Part shown: positions 53,521 through 62,619 of the stretch, one piece after another
Position numbering within the stretch: position 1 is the first letter of the stretch
Layout: each line of letters begins with the position of its first letter
Assembly (NCBI GenBank): GCA_035457905.1
Contig: DATIAT010000032.1
Coordinates: 10,945-74,944, forward strand
Direction of reading: 5' to 3'
Source of the DNA: Nitrospiraceae bacterium
GTDB lineage: Bacteria > Nitrospirota > Nitrospiria > Nitrospirales > Nitrospiraceae
DNA: 64,000 bases
Translations under genes and position numbers: made by a program
The notes under the pieces: model-generated
What the model saw: only the letters and a program-made list of their open reading frames with translations
Databases searched by the model: none
Told to the model about the DNA's origin: nothing

Positions 53521-54345
53521 TTACTCCTGTTTCTGATAAATCGTCGGCGCGATATAATGGAATTCGCCGGAGATCCCCTGCAAGGTCTCCGAGTGACCCA
53601 TAAACAGGTACCCGCCCGGCTTGAGGTATCGAGATAGCCGCGCCAACACTGCTGCCTGAGTCTTACGATCGAAATAGATCATCACATTTCGGCAGAAAAT
53701 CACGTCCAGAGACGACTTGATCGGATACCGGTCATCCATCAGATTGATCCGCCGGAAGACGGCCATTTTGGCAATGTGCGGCTTAATCTTGACGACTTCT
53801 GTGTGGTCACCCTTCCCCAGGAGGAAATGCCGGCGGACGAGATCGGTCGGCAGCGAATTAATCCTCTCAATGGAGTATTGACCGGTCGCGGCCTTGGCCA
53901 GCATGCGGGTCGAGATATCGGACGCCAGGATGCGGCAGTTCCATGTCGAGGGGGAAACGATCGCGTCGGAAAGCGTCATCGCAATGGAATAGGGTTCTTC
54001 GCCGGAGGAGCAGGCTGTGGACCAGATGCGAACCGTTTTTTCCACTGCCAGCTCTGGCAACACCCGCTCTCGAAGAAACGTGAAGTGGTGCGGCTCACGG
54101 AAGAATTCCGTCTGATTCGTCGAAATGTAATCCACCATGGTGATGACCTCGTCACTTTGCCCTCCGACGACAAGGTCATAATAATCCTGAAACGACTTCA
54201 GTCCGAGTTGAGTCAGTCGTTTTTGCAGACGAGAGCTAAACAACGCTCGCTTGTGATCTGTCAAGTTGATTCCGCACTCCCGGTATATGAGCGCGCGAAA
54301 TCGCTCAAACACATCATTATTGAGGAGATATTGCTGTTCCATCAT
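53521..54345 (-). CDS. cheR: Chemotaxis protein methyltransferase CheR
   Basis: 274 aa. N-terminal helical domain, TNQTEFFREPHHF, and SAM fold RIWSTACSSGEEPYS. Confidence 0.93.
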   Translation of the reverse strand: MMEQQYLLNNDVFERFRALIYRECGINLTDHKRALFSSRLQKRLTQLGLKSFQDYYDLVVGGQSDEVITMVDYISTNQTEFFREPHHFTFLRERVLPELAVEKTVRIWSTACSSGEEPYSIAMTLSDAIVSPSTWNCRILASDISTRMLAKAATGQYSIERINSLPTDLVRRHFLLGKGDHTEVVKIKPHIAKMAVFRRINLMDDRYPIKSSLDVIFCRNVMIYFDRKTQAAVLARLSRYLKPGGYLFMGHSETLQGISGEFHYIAPTIYQKQE

Positions 54346-54584
54346 GGTTTGGTCATATTCAGGTTCAAGCCAGCGTGATCTTCCACGCGCAGCCGCAGAC
54401 TATCCCCCTGACCATCATGGACGCATGTAGTGATCGTGGGCAGGAAGCGCCAGGTATGTCACAACCTGCGGGAATCAGTCTATGGAATCCCTGCGAGGCC
54501 CCTCGCGTTTATTTTCGGCTATCGCAATGCTGTTCCACATTCCGTTTCATAATCAGCGGCAACGCATGGTGTCATTCACTATTT

Positions 54585-55610
54585 CTATTTGAGCTTCTGC
54601 ACAATAGCCCCATACCATCCAAGGCCATCATACTCCTGGTAACCAAGAGTCTTGGCAAACGCGATCACCTCATGGTTGTCATTGAAATAATGACCTTTGG
54701 GTTGTCCTTTATGGTCGAGCACGAATGGGGAAAGGATTTCATTATTGTCGGATGCTGCAATAACACGCATATTCTGATCCAACAACATCACGCGGCTGCG
54801 TTTCCATTCGTTGTCAGATAAAGAAGGCTCTTTCTGAACAACAGTCTTGGCTTGGTCTTCCCAATCAAACACTACGCCCAAGACACCGACTATCTTCCCA
54901 TGTATTTTCCCCCCCTGACGAACGGCGGCGGCGTATACCGCCACCAATCTGTTGTCATGAAGCGAAGCACGGAAAATATCATCCGCAACGTACTGATCAC
55001 CGCTCGTCGTCGCCATCGCCTTCCGGAACCAAGGTAATCTGGAAATATTGGCGCCGGTTACCCTAGGGAACTTAGTTGGCTGTGAGCAGGCGATGATTTG
55101 TCCATCAGTTCCAACCAATACAAGATTCAGATACACGGAATAATAACGATTGATCAGGGCAAGCCGTTCCACAGCACGATGAATGGAAGTTTGATCCAAT
55201 GATTCCAAACAGCGGACTAACGCCTCGTCCGTCGCCCACCAACGAACGTCAGCGGTGCGTTCGTATAAATTGCGTACAACAAACTGCACCAAAGTCAGCG
55301 CCATCTCCGAAAGACGTTGACACTCTTTTTCAACGAAACGCCGCTGCAATTCACTCGTTTCCGATCGTATGGTACCCAGCTCTTTAGAAGTGCTGGAAGC
55401 TTGTCCGGCAAGAGTTTTTACCTCGGAGGCAACCACGGCAAATTCCCTGCCCGCATTACCAGCTCTCGCCGCCTCTATGGTTGCGTTTAGCGAAAGAAGC
55501 TTGATTTGACTTGTTATTCTTTGATTCATGGATATATGGTCTTCGATCCGCTTTTCTATGCCACCTATGATGTCTTTGATGTTTTGCTGACTTCTTGTAG
55601 AGATATCCAT
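54585..55610 (-). CDS. Soluble protein with an N-terminal minimal MCP signalling hairpin followed by a Cache/PDC-like sensor domain
   Basis: 341 aa, no TM segment. Residues ~30-70 [37 protein letters not shown] match the MCP hairpin tip. The remaining ~230 aa ([16 protein letters not shown]...) look like a Cache/PDC-type ligand-binding fold. The start is firm: AAGGAG 9 nt upstream and an in-frame TAA two codons upstream. Confidence 0.7.
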   Translation of the reverse strand: MDISTRSQQNIKDIIGGIEKRIEDHISMNQRITSQIKLLSLNATIEAARAGNAGREFAVVASEVKTLAGQASSTSKELGTIRSETSELQRRFVEKECQRLSEMALTLVQFVVRNLYERTADVRWWATDEALVRCLESLDQTSIHRAVERLALINRYYSVYLNLVLVGTDGQIIACSQPTKFPRVTGANISRLPWFRKAMATTSGDQYVADDIFRASLHDNRLVAVYAAAVRQGGKIHGKIVGVLGVVFDWEDQAKTVVQKEPSLSDNEWKRSRVMLLDQNMRVIAASDNNEILSPFVLDHKGQPKGHYFNDNHEVIAFAKTLGYQEYDGLGWYGAIVQKLK

Positions 55611-55934
55611 TCTTTATTCTCCTTCGCCGAATATCCTCAGCTTGCTGGGGGACCTCCATAGAACGGAGGGACTCCTCACCCGCTCGCAATAGCTCGTCCG
55701 CCCTGAACCCTGTCGCCATCATCGAATCCGAATTGACGCTGAAGTCCCTATCCACCATGAGGCCCGAAATCGGACATGCTCGAGTGCAGGAGCACAAAAG
55801 CCGCATCTGGACATAGCGCGCGTCTGCCAATGGTCGATGCGGTCGAAGTAGATGCGTACGGGGAGCGAACGCCTTGCAGCACCGTTGGATCAATTGAAAC
55901 CACATAAGGCCGTTCAATACGACGTACCGTTGTC

Positions 55935-58715
55935 CTAGAACTCCCCGAACTCGGCTTCCGTCCGACGGCGATCCTTGCTGTTGGACTCGCAGACAACCAC
56001 TGCTTCTTCCTTGGTTTCGCCCGGTACCAGTGCAGGACCCGTTGCCCTGGATGCCTGCTTGGACCCACTAGGGTGTGCCATGGGCTCGACCGAAGACTTC
56101 AGCATGGTATGCGCGACGGCGCGCTTGGCCTGGCGGGCGCCATGTCCAATGGTATGCATATCAGTGACGCCGCCGACCTTGAACGCTTCTACTTGCCGCA
56201 GGAGCTCCATCGCCTGCTCCTTCATGGACTGCGCTGCAGAGGTGGTCTCTTCGACCAGGGCCGCGTTCTGCTGCGTGGTATCGTCCATCTGCATGATGGC
56301 CCTGTTCACCTGCTCGATCCCGCTGGCCTGTTCCTGCGATGCTGCGGTGATTTCGGCGATGATGTCCGTGACCCGCTTGACTGCGCCGACGATTTCTTCC
56401 AGCGACTTGCCGGATCGATTGACCAGATCACTGCCGTCCGTTACGCGCGCGATGGATTCGTTGATCAGGTCCTTGACCTCCTTGGCCGCTGTCGCCGCGC
56501 GTTGGGCCAGGTTGCGTACTTCGGAGGCCACGACCGCAAAGCCGCGGCCATGTTCCCCTGCCCTCGCCGCTTCGACCGCAGCGTTCAAGGCCAGGAGGTT
56601 GGTCTGGAAGGCGATCTCGTCTATAACCGTGATGATATCGGCGATCTTCTTGCTGCTCTTATTGATCTCGCCCATCGCCTCGACCGCGCGGATCGTGACC
56701 GATCCACCTTTCTCCGCGATGTCGCGGGCTGCGATGGCCAACTGATTGGCCTGCTTGGCGTTGTCGGCGTTCTGACCCACAGTCGAGGTCATCTCCTCCA
56801 TGGACGCGGAGGTCTCTTCGAGTGCGCTGGCCTGTTCGGACGTGCGCTGCGAAAGGTCTTCGCTGCCCTTGGTGATCTGCTCCGACCCGGCCGTGACGCC
56901 TTCCACTGTATCGCGTACGCTGATTATGGTATGGGAAAGATTTGTGATCGCGGTATTGATGCTCTCTTTGATCTTTGCCAACTCGCCCTGATAAGTTCCT
57001 CCCATCTGCTGCGTGAGGTCGCCTTGCGCCAGTGCGCCGAGCGACTTCTGGGCTTCGGCTATACATGTTTCGAGTTCAAGTTGAGCCTTCTTCTGTGCCG
57101 TCACATCCGTACCAAACTTCGCCACCTTGTACACCTTGCCATTCGCATCCATGATCGGATTGTAAGAGGCTTCAATCCAGACTTCCTTGCCTCCCTTCCC
57201 GAGCTGCCTGAAGACTCCCGATGCCAACTCACCTCGATTTAGCTTCGCCCAAAAGTTGGCGTACTCCTGGCTGTTCGAGTAGGACGCCTCACAGAACATG
57301 CGATGATGTTTGCCTTTGACCTCGTCCAAACTGTAGCCCGTGGCATTCAAGAAATTGTCGTTGGCGGTGATGATCGTACCGTCCAGGTTGAACTCGATGA
57401 CCGCCTGAACCTTGCTGAAGGCGTTCGTAATCTCTCTAATCTTGACATCCGCGTCCTGGAGATGCTTTCCCATTTCGTTGAATGCGTTCCCGAGTTGTCC
57501 GATTTCATCGCTGCTCTTCACCTCGACGCGGGTCCCGAACTGGCCGGCTGCCATCGTTCCCACTGCGTCGGTCACTCGACGGAGAACCTTCGCGGTGCGA
57601 CGTCCAATGAAGGTTCCCACCAACATGGTACCGACGACGCAAGCAATCGCGCTGAACCCCACACGGCGCTGAAGAGACCAGGCGATAGCGGCAGCCTGAT
57701 CCTGTGGGACACGAATGAGAATCGACCAGTTCATGCCGGGGTAGCCCAGTGCGCCGCGCAGGTGCGCGTAACCGGACGTCTGTCTGATATGCGTGCGTAT
57801 ATGCACACTGGGTCCATAGCCGGTCGCGCCACCGACGGCGGCCTTGGCTGGGATGCTACCGGCGTCGACCATATTGAACTTCATCAGATCATTGAAGTCG
57901 TGACGCACTTCCTCCGTGCCCGCTCCCGTCGGGTCATAATTCATGATGAGGCGCCCCACTCCATCAATCAAAGTCAGCTCTGTCGCCGCATAGCCGGCTT
58001 CCTTCAGTTCAAGATAGGATGATTTCACTATGTCTTCGACCACGGAAAACTTCGTTCGATTGGTCCAATAGGCTATTACCTTTCCGTCCTGATAGACCGG
58101 CGCGGAAAAGGCGATCGTAAGTCCGTCGGAGTCTGGATAGGCGGCTTTCACATCCTGATCCACATGCAGATCTTCAATGAAGGTGCCGGTCGCACTGTTG
58201 TTGCCAGGAGACGAGAAGGGCATAGCGGTTGTGAACCGACCGGACAGGAGAGCCTGGAACCATGGAGTGTCACGATAGTTCTTTTGATAGATCGATGCTA
58301 CGCGGATCGGCTTCCCATTTGAATCCCTCGAATTGACCGCTATGACCTTGCCGTCGAGATCGACGAGAATGGCGAGCGAGTAGACACCGTAGGTCGCGAT
58401 GTATTGATTCATCGTCTTCACGATGTCGCTTGTCTCCTCGCTCGTCTTGTACCAGTCGGCTCGGTTGAAGACAACGCGGTTCAACCCGAACGCCTGTACG
58501 TCGCCGTAGCGTTCGAACAGGTTCCGGTCGATCTTGTCGGCGATACTCTGAGCCATCCACTGGAATCGGATGCCGACACCGGTTTCCAGGTCCTTGCTCG
58601 CGTCGTATGCAATGCCCCCGACGATCGCCATCGGCAACACACCGAACAGAAAGAACAATACAGTCAGTTTCGCCGTCAACCCCCAGCTGCGCAACATGTT
58701 CACGCACCGCTTCAT
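55935..58715 (-). CDS. Methyl-accepting chemotaxis protein (TM-double-Cache-TM-HAMP-PAS-MA) with a C-terminal EFGEF tail
   Basis: 926 aa. Periplasmic ~300-aa dCache-like region; HAMP ([10 protein letters not shown]); PAS ([22 protein letters not shown]); tip [35 protein letters not shown] ~75-aa unstructured tail ends in EFGEF. Confidence 0.92.
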   Translation of the reverse strand: MKRCVNMLRSWGLTAKLTVLFFLFGVLPMAIVGGIAYDASKDLETGVGIRFQWMAQSIADKIDRNLFERYGDVQAFGLNRVVFNRADWYKTSEETSDIVKTMNQYIATYGVYSLAILVDLDGKVIAVNSRDSNGKPIRVASIYQKNYRDTPWFQALLSGRFTTAMPFSSPGNNSATGTFIEDLHVDQDVKAAYPDSDGLTIAFSAPVYQDGKVIAYWTNRTKFSVVEDIVKSSYLELKEAGYAATELTLIDGVGRLIMNYDPTGAGTEEVRHDFNDLMKFNMVDAGSIPAKAAVGGATGYGPSVHIRTHIRQTSGYAHLRGALGYPGMNWSILIRVPQDQAAAIAWSLQRRVGFSAIACVVGTMLVGTFIGRRTAKVLRRVTDAVGTMAAGQFGTRVEVKSSDEIGQLGNAFNEMGKHLQDADVKIREITNAFSKVQAVIEFNLDGTIITANDNFLNATGYSLDEVKGKHHRMFCEASYSNSQEYANFWAKLNRGELASGVFRQLGKGGKEVWIEASYNPIMDANGKVYKVAKFGTDVTAQKKAQLELETCIAEAQKSLGALAQGDLTQQMGGTYQGELAKIKESINTAITNLSHTIISVRDTVEGVTAGSEQITKGSEDLSQRTSEQASALEETSASMEEMTSTVGQNADNAKQANQLAIAARDIAEKGGSVTIRAVEAMGEINKSSKKIADIITVIDEIAFQTNLLALNAAVEAARAGEHGRGFAVVASEVRNLAQRAATAAKEVKDLINESIARVTDGSDLVNRSGKSLEEIVGAVKRVTDIIAEITAASQEQASGIEQVNRAIMQMDDTTQQNAALVEETTSAAQSMKEQAMELLRQVEAFKVGGVTDMHTIGHGARQAKRAVAHTMLKSSVEPMAHPSGSKQASRATGPALVPGETKEEAVVVCESNSKDRRRTEAEFGEF

Positions 58716-58792
58716 AGCATTGCCCCTTCCTTTAATTTCTTGTCGTGGCCTTGCCGCTTGTGCCCAACCCTCTCATCACTCTGAAACTTCTC

Positions 58793-59296
58793 TCATGCCG
58801 TCGCAGCGGCCGCCTCTTGCATGCACCCCTCGGTCAGTAACTGATCGATATTCAGCAGCGCCACCAACTTGTCGCCGGATTTCCCGATGCCGGACAAAAA
58901 TTTCACATCTATTTTGGTTCCAAAGTCCGGGGAGGCCTGGATGTCCTTTTGGCTCATATGGACAACATCCGACACGGAGTCCACCACCAGCCCAAGCGTG
59001 CGATCTCGCACAATCACGAGGATGATGACGGTAAACGCCGTGTAGTCAATGGTCGGCATGCCAAACGCCGTACGTAATTCGACGATCGGTACAATGGTGC
59101 CGCGGAGGTTCAAGACCCCTTTGATGTGCGAGGGCATGTTCGGAATTTTGGTGATGGCCGAATACCCCTTGATCTCTTTGACCCGATGGATGTCTATCCC
59201 ATACAGTTCATCTCCAAGAGAGAAGGTCAGGAACTGGTTGTCTTCCGCCCCGATTCCCTGCTGTTGTCCAGATCCTTGCGCGGCTACCGCGGTCAT
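58793..59296 (-). CDS. cheW: CheW coupling protein
   Basis: FLTFSLGDELYGIDIHRVKEI...NLRGTIVPIVELR. I prefer the ATG at 59296 (AGGAGGAGGACGCT upstream) over the track TTG at 59347, which lies inside a repeat. Confidence 0.9.
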   Translation of the reverse strand: MTAVAAQGSGQQQGIGAEDNQFLTFSLGDELYGIDIHRVKEIKGYSAITKIPNMPSHIKGVLNLRGTIVPIVELRTAFGMPTIDYTAFTVIILVIVRDRTLGLVVDSVSDVVHMSQKDIQASPDFGTKIDVKFLSGIGKSGDKLVALLNIDQLLTEGCMQEAAAATA

Positions 59297-59341
59297 AGCG
59301 TCCTCCTCCTGGCGTTCCGGTTTGTCCGGACGATCTTGCAT

Positions 59342-59377
59342 AACCAAACAAACGAGACAAACCTAAGCAACCAGCGA
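59342..59377. repeat. Half copy (right-arm type) of the 9-nt periodic repeat in the cheA-cheW spacer
   Basis: aaccaaaca/aacgagaca/aacctaagc/aaccagcga, an exact 9-nt phase with AAC at each unit start. Confidence 0.65.
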
Positions 59378-59380
59378 TAT

Positions 59381-61531
59381 TTACACTGCGATTGACTGCT
59401 CCTGTCTCGCCATCTTCATCAAACCCCTGACGTCGAGAATGAGTCCGACCGTACCATCGCCAAGAATCGTCGCCCCTGCCACGCCATCGACCTTTCGGAA
59501 GTTCTCCTCGATACTTTTTATGACTACTTGCTGCTGCCCCAGGATTTCATCCACCATGACGACCACGCGGTCCCCTTCGGCTTCCAAAATGAGCAAGATG
59601 GCCTCTGCAGGGTTCTTGTGCTGCGGCTGCAGATTAAACACCTCGTACAAACGCAAGATAGGATAAAAGACCCCACGGATATTGACACCTTCGCCTTTCC
59701 CGATGAAGGTCGTCACCATGTCGGCCTTCGGTTGGATGGACTCCAGGATGGACAGCAGCGGCACGATATACTTGTCCTGCCCGACCCGAATTGTCATCCC
59801 CTCGATTATGGCGAGAGTCAGCGGCAGATTGAGCGTGAAGATGGTCCCCCGGCCTGTTACTGTCTTGATGTTCACGAGGCCGCCCAGCTCTTCGACGTTG
59901 CGCTTGACTATGTCCATCCCCACCCCACGACCCGACACGTCCGTCAGTTCCTCGGTAGTCGTAAAGCCAGGCCGGAAGATGAGAGCCCAGACCTGGTCGT
60001 CGGGCAGGGTGTCGTTGCCGGTGATTATTCCCTGCTTAATTGCCTTCGCCAGAATCTTGTCGCGGTTCAAGCCTCGCCCGTCGTCTTCGACCGTGATGCA
60101 GATCTTGCCGCCTTCGTGAAATGAATTGAGCCGGATCGTGCCCTGCTCCGGTTTGCCGGCAGCGACCCGTTCCTCTGGTGGCTCCAAAGCGTGGTCACAC
60201 GCATTTCGGACCAGGTGCGTCAGCGGATCACCGATGGCTTCGATGACGGTTTTATCGAGTTCGGTCTCTTCGCCGGAAATGGCAAGTTGAATTTTCTTCC
60301 TCATTTTTGCCGAAAGGTCGCGGACCAGTCTCGGGAAGCGGCTGAACGCAGTCCCGATTGGCAGCATGCGAATGCCCATCACGCGTTCCTGGATCTCCCG
60401 TGTATTGCGTTCCAACTGGAGCAGCCGTTCCTGCAAGATAGGAAGATGCTCGATTTCGAAACGCGCCCCCAGAGCGCTCAGCATGGACTGAGTAATGGCC
60501 AGTTCTCCGACCAGATTGACCAGCTTGTCGACTTTTTCCGTGTCGACGCGCATGGAGGTTTCCACTTTTTGATCTTTTGACTTTGCGCGGAGTGTTTCTT
60601 GCCGATCCAACGCCTTGGCAAGCTGCGCCGGCGTTACCGCTTTCTGCTCGACAAGAATGACCCCGAGCGAGTCCGACCTCTGCCCAAAAAACACTTCAGC
60701 GAGCCGTGGATCATCTTCCTCGCCGATAACTGAATGCGCGAGCTGGGGATCGGCCTCTTGCGTCGGTTTCGCGGAAGAACTGGACGAAGGCAGCGACGCG
60801 ATTGTCAACCCGCCTGGAGAAGCCGCAAATTCGAAGACGGATTCAATGTCCGCGCACGGATACTCGGTCTCCAGCGTACACGTCCAAGAGAGATAACAGC
60901 GTTGTGGATCAAGATCGGCAAAATCCGGCAAGCGACTCGTAGCGAGCACGCAAGACCTGATGGTTCCCATCCGGCCTATCTCTTCGAACAGTTTGAGCGG
61001 ATTCAATCCCCGTTGGAACAAATCTTCATCAGGTATCCAACTAATTTGATAGGTCCGACGCACTGATGTGACGGGTGGCGGCGCTGCAGGTGCCGTCGAC
61101 GACGGGCCAGAAGTCGTTTTCTGACCGGGAGCAGGCGCAGGAATTATCATGCAAGTCTCCAACCTGGCCTCTAGATCACGCACCGTTTTGCTCTCGTCGA
61201 TGACCGTCCCGTTCTTGGCCGCCTCGACCAGCATTTTCAGGCAATCGGCGGACTCCAACAGCAGATCGATGATCTCGCGGGTCGCCGAAAATTTCCTGTT
61301 CCGGAGGGGATCGAGCACGGTCTCTACCTCATGGGCAAACCGACTCATGGTCGTGAATCCGAACATCGGCCCGGCCCCTTTTATGGTATGGACCGACCGG
61401 AAAATTCGATTCAGGACTTCGACATCGTTGGGATTCTGTTCGAGGATGAGGAGGCCGGATTCCAACACGGCTAGGTGTTCGGTGACTTCCTCAAAAAATG
61501 TCTGCAGAAACTTCGAGTAATCGCCGTTCAC
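59381..61531 (-). CDS. cheA: Chemotaxis histidine kinase CheA (P1-P5)
   Basis: P1 FRSVHTIKGAG; P4 HLVRNACDHALE, DDGRGLN, GRGVGMDIV, GRGTIF; P5 CheW-like. The likely start is GTG at 61531, overlapping the cheY TAG by 1 nt (TAGTG) and giving VNGDYSKFLQTFFEE. The track TTG at 61594 would overlap cheY by 64 nt. Confidence 0.93.
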   Translation of the reverse strand: MNGDYSKFLQTFFEEVTEHLAVLESGLLILEQNPNDVEVLNRIFRSVHTIKGAGPMFGFTTMSRFAHEVETVLDPLRNRKFSATREIIDLLLESADCLKMLVEAAKNGTVIDESKTVRDLEARLETCMIIPAPAPGQKTTSGPSSTAPAAPPPVTSVRRTYQISWIPDEDLFQRGLNPLKLFEEIGRMGTIRSCVLATSRLPDFADLDPQRCYLSWTCTLETEYPCADIESVFEFAASPGGLTIASLPSSSSSAKPTQEADPQLAHSVIGEEDDPRLAEVFFGQRSDSLGVILVEQKAVTPAQLAKALDRQETLRAKSKDQKVETSMRVDTEKVDKLVNLVGELAITQSMLSALGARFEIEHLPILQERLLQLERNTREIQERVMGIRMLPIGTAFSRFPRLVRDLSAKMRKKIQLAISGEETELDKTVIEAIGDPLTHLVRNACDHALEPPEERVAAGKPEQGTIRLNSFHEGGKICITVEDDGRGLNRDKILAKAIKQGIITGNDTLPDDQVWALIFRPGFTTTEELTDVSGRGVGMDIVKRNVEELGGLVNIKTVTGRGTIFTLNLPLTLAIIEGMTIRVGQDKYIVPLLSILESIQPKADMVTTFIGKGEGVNIRGVFYPILRLYEVFNLQPQHKNPAEAILLILEAEGDRVVVMVDEILGQQQVVIKSIEENFRKVDGVAGATILGDGTVGLILDVRGLMKMARQEQSIAV

Positions 61532-61911
61532 TATGGCAATACCTTTCGTATGACCTTCAGGATCAATTCCGAGTCGAACGGCTTCACCAACCAACCGGTC
61601 GCGCCCGCCGCCCTCCCGACCTCTTTCTTTTCGTCGGTATTGTCCGTCGTGAGTACAAGCACTGGCACATGTTTGAAAGCTGAAAGTTTTCTGATCTCTC
61701 TGACCAATTCGATCCCGTCCATCTCCGGCATATTAATGTCCGTGACGATCACGTCTGGCTTCGTCCCCCCTACCTCCATCGTCGTCAGCTTGATCAGCGC
61801 ATCCTTGCCGTTTTCAGCCTCTTTGGTCTCAAAGCCGGCTTCGTTCAGCGCATGCGACACCATTCCCCGCATCGTCGGCGAATCATCGACTACTAGGATT
61901 ACCCTGCTCAT
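61531..61911 (-). CDS. cheY: Chemotaxis response regulator CheY
   Basis: 126 aa. ILVVDDSPTMR, DVIVTDINMPEMDG, WLVKPF. Confidence 0.93.
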   Translation of the reverse strand: MSRVILVVDDSPTMRGMVSHALNEAGFETKEAENGKDALIKLTTMEVGGTKPDVIVTDINMPEMDGIELVREIRKLSAFKHVPVLVLTTDNTDEKKEVGRAAGATGWLVKPFDSELILKVIRKVLP

Positions 61912-61952
61912 ATCATCCCTCCCCCACGTGTCGGCTCCGTCCGAATCTCCAT

Positions 61953-62285
61953 TTATCTCTTCCGCAACCTCTTCATATCACGCGTCGTCTTTTTCTCTCG
62001 TGCTTCCCAGTACTCGTCGTCATTGTTAAGAACAGAAGCCGGCGTGAATCCGATCGCCTCCATCGCTTTCCTGACAGGTTGTGACGGATTTCTCAGCGCG
62101 ATGCGACCTGTTCGCTCTGCAGCGATCATCACTTGTAACGCGGCGGTGTCCACGCACCGGACGGTTGCCAAATCGAGGATCCCCGATTTCCCATCGGATA
62201 TCATGTCGACCAACGCCGCCTTGAATTCAGTAACTGTCGCAATGGTTAGTTCGTCTGCCGGGACATACCGTTGCGGTGAGAGCAT
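61953..62285 (-). CDS. STAS-domain protein (anti-sigma-antagonist fold) heading the che operon
   Basis: 110 aa. LTIATVTEFKAALVDMI...LDLATVRCVDTAALQVMIAA is an SpoIIAA/STAS-like pattern. The basic C-terminal tail is atypical. Confidence 0.65.
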   Translation of the reverse strand: MLSPQRYVPADELTIATVTEFKAALVDMISDGKSGILDLATVRCVDTAALQVMIAAERTGRIALRNPSQPVRKAMEAIGFTPASVLNNDDEYWEAREKKTTRDMKRLRKR

Positions 62286-62619
62286 TTGCCGACTCCGTTA
62301 AATATCATTACTCTGTTTTGGAGATTACCGTATTTATTCTTATCGTCAACTCATACCGACAATTCGATACACACGTTTTCACGACGAACGATATCTTGCG
62401 ATCTCATATTCTCTATTTTTGCTGCGTGGTATTCGCATCGTGTGTTAGGATTCGCTCATCGTTGCGTCCAGTTCACTCGACGTTATACGTCGCTAAAGAC
62501 GCAGGTTAGTGCAGTAAGTCATCATTGGGGCTCTCTTACCTATTCGAAAGGTCCACTGTATCTTGCTGGAATCCCCCGTCCTTCTCCAAACGATCCTTTT
62601 AGAGACCCTTCGGTTTTCC

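Noticed and set aside
54490-54520. Small hairpin gcgag-gccc-ctcgc followed by gtttattttc on the plus strand, between cheR and the soluble MCP-like gene.
   Set aside because: The stem is only 5-6 bp, it lies on the strand opposite to all local genes, and no plus-strand gene exists for it to terminate.
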